A stretch of DNA of 24,000 nucleotides from NCBI RefSeq assembly GCF_000620305.1, contig NZ_KK211100.1, forward strand, positions 1,049,275 to 1,073,274. Direction: 5' to 3'. This document shows positions 23,545 through 24,000 of this stretch, piece after piece; position 1 is the stretch's first letter, and the number at the start of each line of letters is the position of its first letter. Below the pieces are notes generated by a model. The model made no database searches. It worked only from the letters and a program-made list of their open reading frames with translations, and was not told the origin of the DNA. Origin of the DNA: Desulfitibacter alkalitolerans DSM 16504. GTDB lineage: Bacteria > Bacillota > DSM-16504 > Desulfitibacterales > Desulfitibacteraceae. Position numbers and translations under genes: made by a program.

Positions 23545-24000
23545 TTATGCCCTCTTGAGCATCCTTCTAATCAGGTCTAGTTCTTTGGTTTTAAAGACAA
23601 AAAGCATGACTGTGTAAATTATACATCCCATCCCAACCATGATAGCAAGCTGTATTACTAGACCAAAAAAGCCAGTAATATTTAAAGCTTCCCTTGTGTA
23701 AGGCATTGCAGCTGTTAAGATAACAGCCATTACAGCTGCAGCAGCAGTAGCCTTTGCCAGGGGTATAATCAACTGGGCAAAATCCATACTAGGTAAATAG
23801 TTACGAAAAACAACCAGCAGGAGAATTATATTAATAACAGCAGATAAAGAGTTAGCTAGTGCAAGTCCTCCATGGCCAAAAGCTGGAAGCAAAGCTATAC
23901 TAAATAATACGTTTAGCATGGCACAAAACAGTCCCAATATTAATGGAACCTTAACCATGTTTAGCGCATAATAAGCCCTGGTGACAACTGTATTGGCACC
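23545..24000 (-). CDS. murJ: Lipid II flippase MurJ/MviN family, C-terminal part (5' end lies beyond the window)
   Basis: The frame stays open to the window edge and reads GANTVVTRAYYALNMVKVPLILG, matching the MurJ ...RAFYAL.DT.TP... motif. Four further TM segments follow. The ATG at 23958 in the track is internal. Confidence 0.75.
   Translation of the reverse strand, partial: GANTVVTRAYYALNMVKVPLILGLFCAMLNVLFSIALLPAFGHGGLALANSLSAVINIILLLVVFRNYLPSMDFAQLIIPLAKATAAAAVMAVILTAAMPYTREALNITGFFGLVIQLAIMVGMGCIIYTVMLFVFKTKELDLIRRMLKRA

Noticed and set aside
1-24000. Scan for CRISPR arrays, tRNA/rRNA genes, transposases, integrases and prophage or defence-island hallmarks
   Set aside because: No spaced 25-40 bp repeat array was found. 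No tRNA T-arm signature (GGTTCGAATCC or similar) occurs outside coding sequence. No ORF has transposase or integrase motifs. The only tandem repeats are 7-bp and 10-bp microarrays without spacers.

Overview
This window looks like a chromosomal housekeeping region of a low-GC Gram-positive, Clostridia/Bacilli-like bacterium. That reading rests on GGAGG-type Shine-Dalgarno (SD) sites, frequent GTG/TTG starts, and gene order. I call 27 CDS, 24 of them on the minus strand.

The backbone resembles the B. subtilis tagO ... comFA-comFC-hpf-secA-prfB ... ftsE-ftsX neighbourhood. From high to low coordinates it holds:
- murJ (partial), fabZ, a WecA/TagO-type transferase and an SH3b membrane protein
- a 53-aa ORF and a phosphohexomutase
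- a plus-strand 49-aa zinc-ribbon ORF
- a small membrane protein with a degenerate GT-A-like domain
- comFA/comFC, hpf, secA and prfB
- DUF2993 plus a UbiB kinase
- a four-gene Fe-S/thiol redox operon
- yitT and a split transketolase
- a plus-strand MntA/HepT toxin-antitoxin islet
- ftsEX and a coiled-coil M23 peptidase

The ORF track splits prfB at its programmed +1 frameshift. The two small ORFs are below the track's size cutoff. Several track ORFs are over-extended at the 5' end, and I re-called those starts from SD spacing. I saw no rRNA, tRNA, CRISPR array, transposase or integrase.

I do not see an unambiguous new defence system. The best candidate for undescribed biology is the operon at 7188-8385: ferredoxin, Rieske protein, glutaredoxin-like protein and a protein resembling the ferredoxin:thioredoxin reductase catalytic subunit (FTRc). 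Its FTRc-like member has a variant CPC/CPC/CWC motif.

Secondary leads:
- a GGAA-rich heptamer array in the secA-prfB spacer
- two abutting perfect DnaA boxes upstream of hpf
- a helically phased 10-bp tandem repeat at 21091-21130
- the two unannotated small ORFs

All family assignments come from motifs read by eye. No database search was run.
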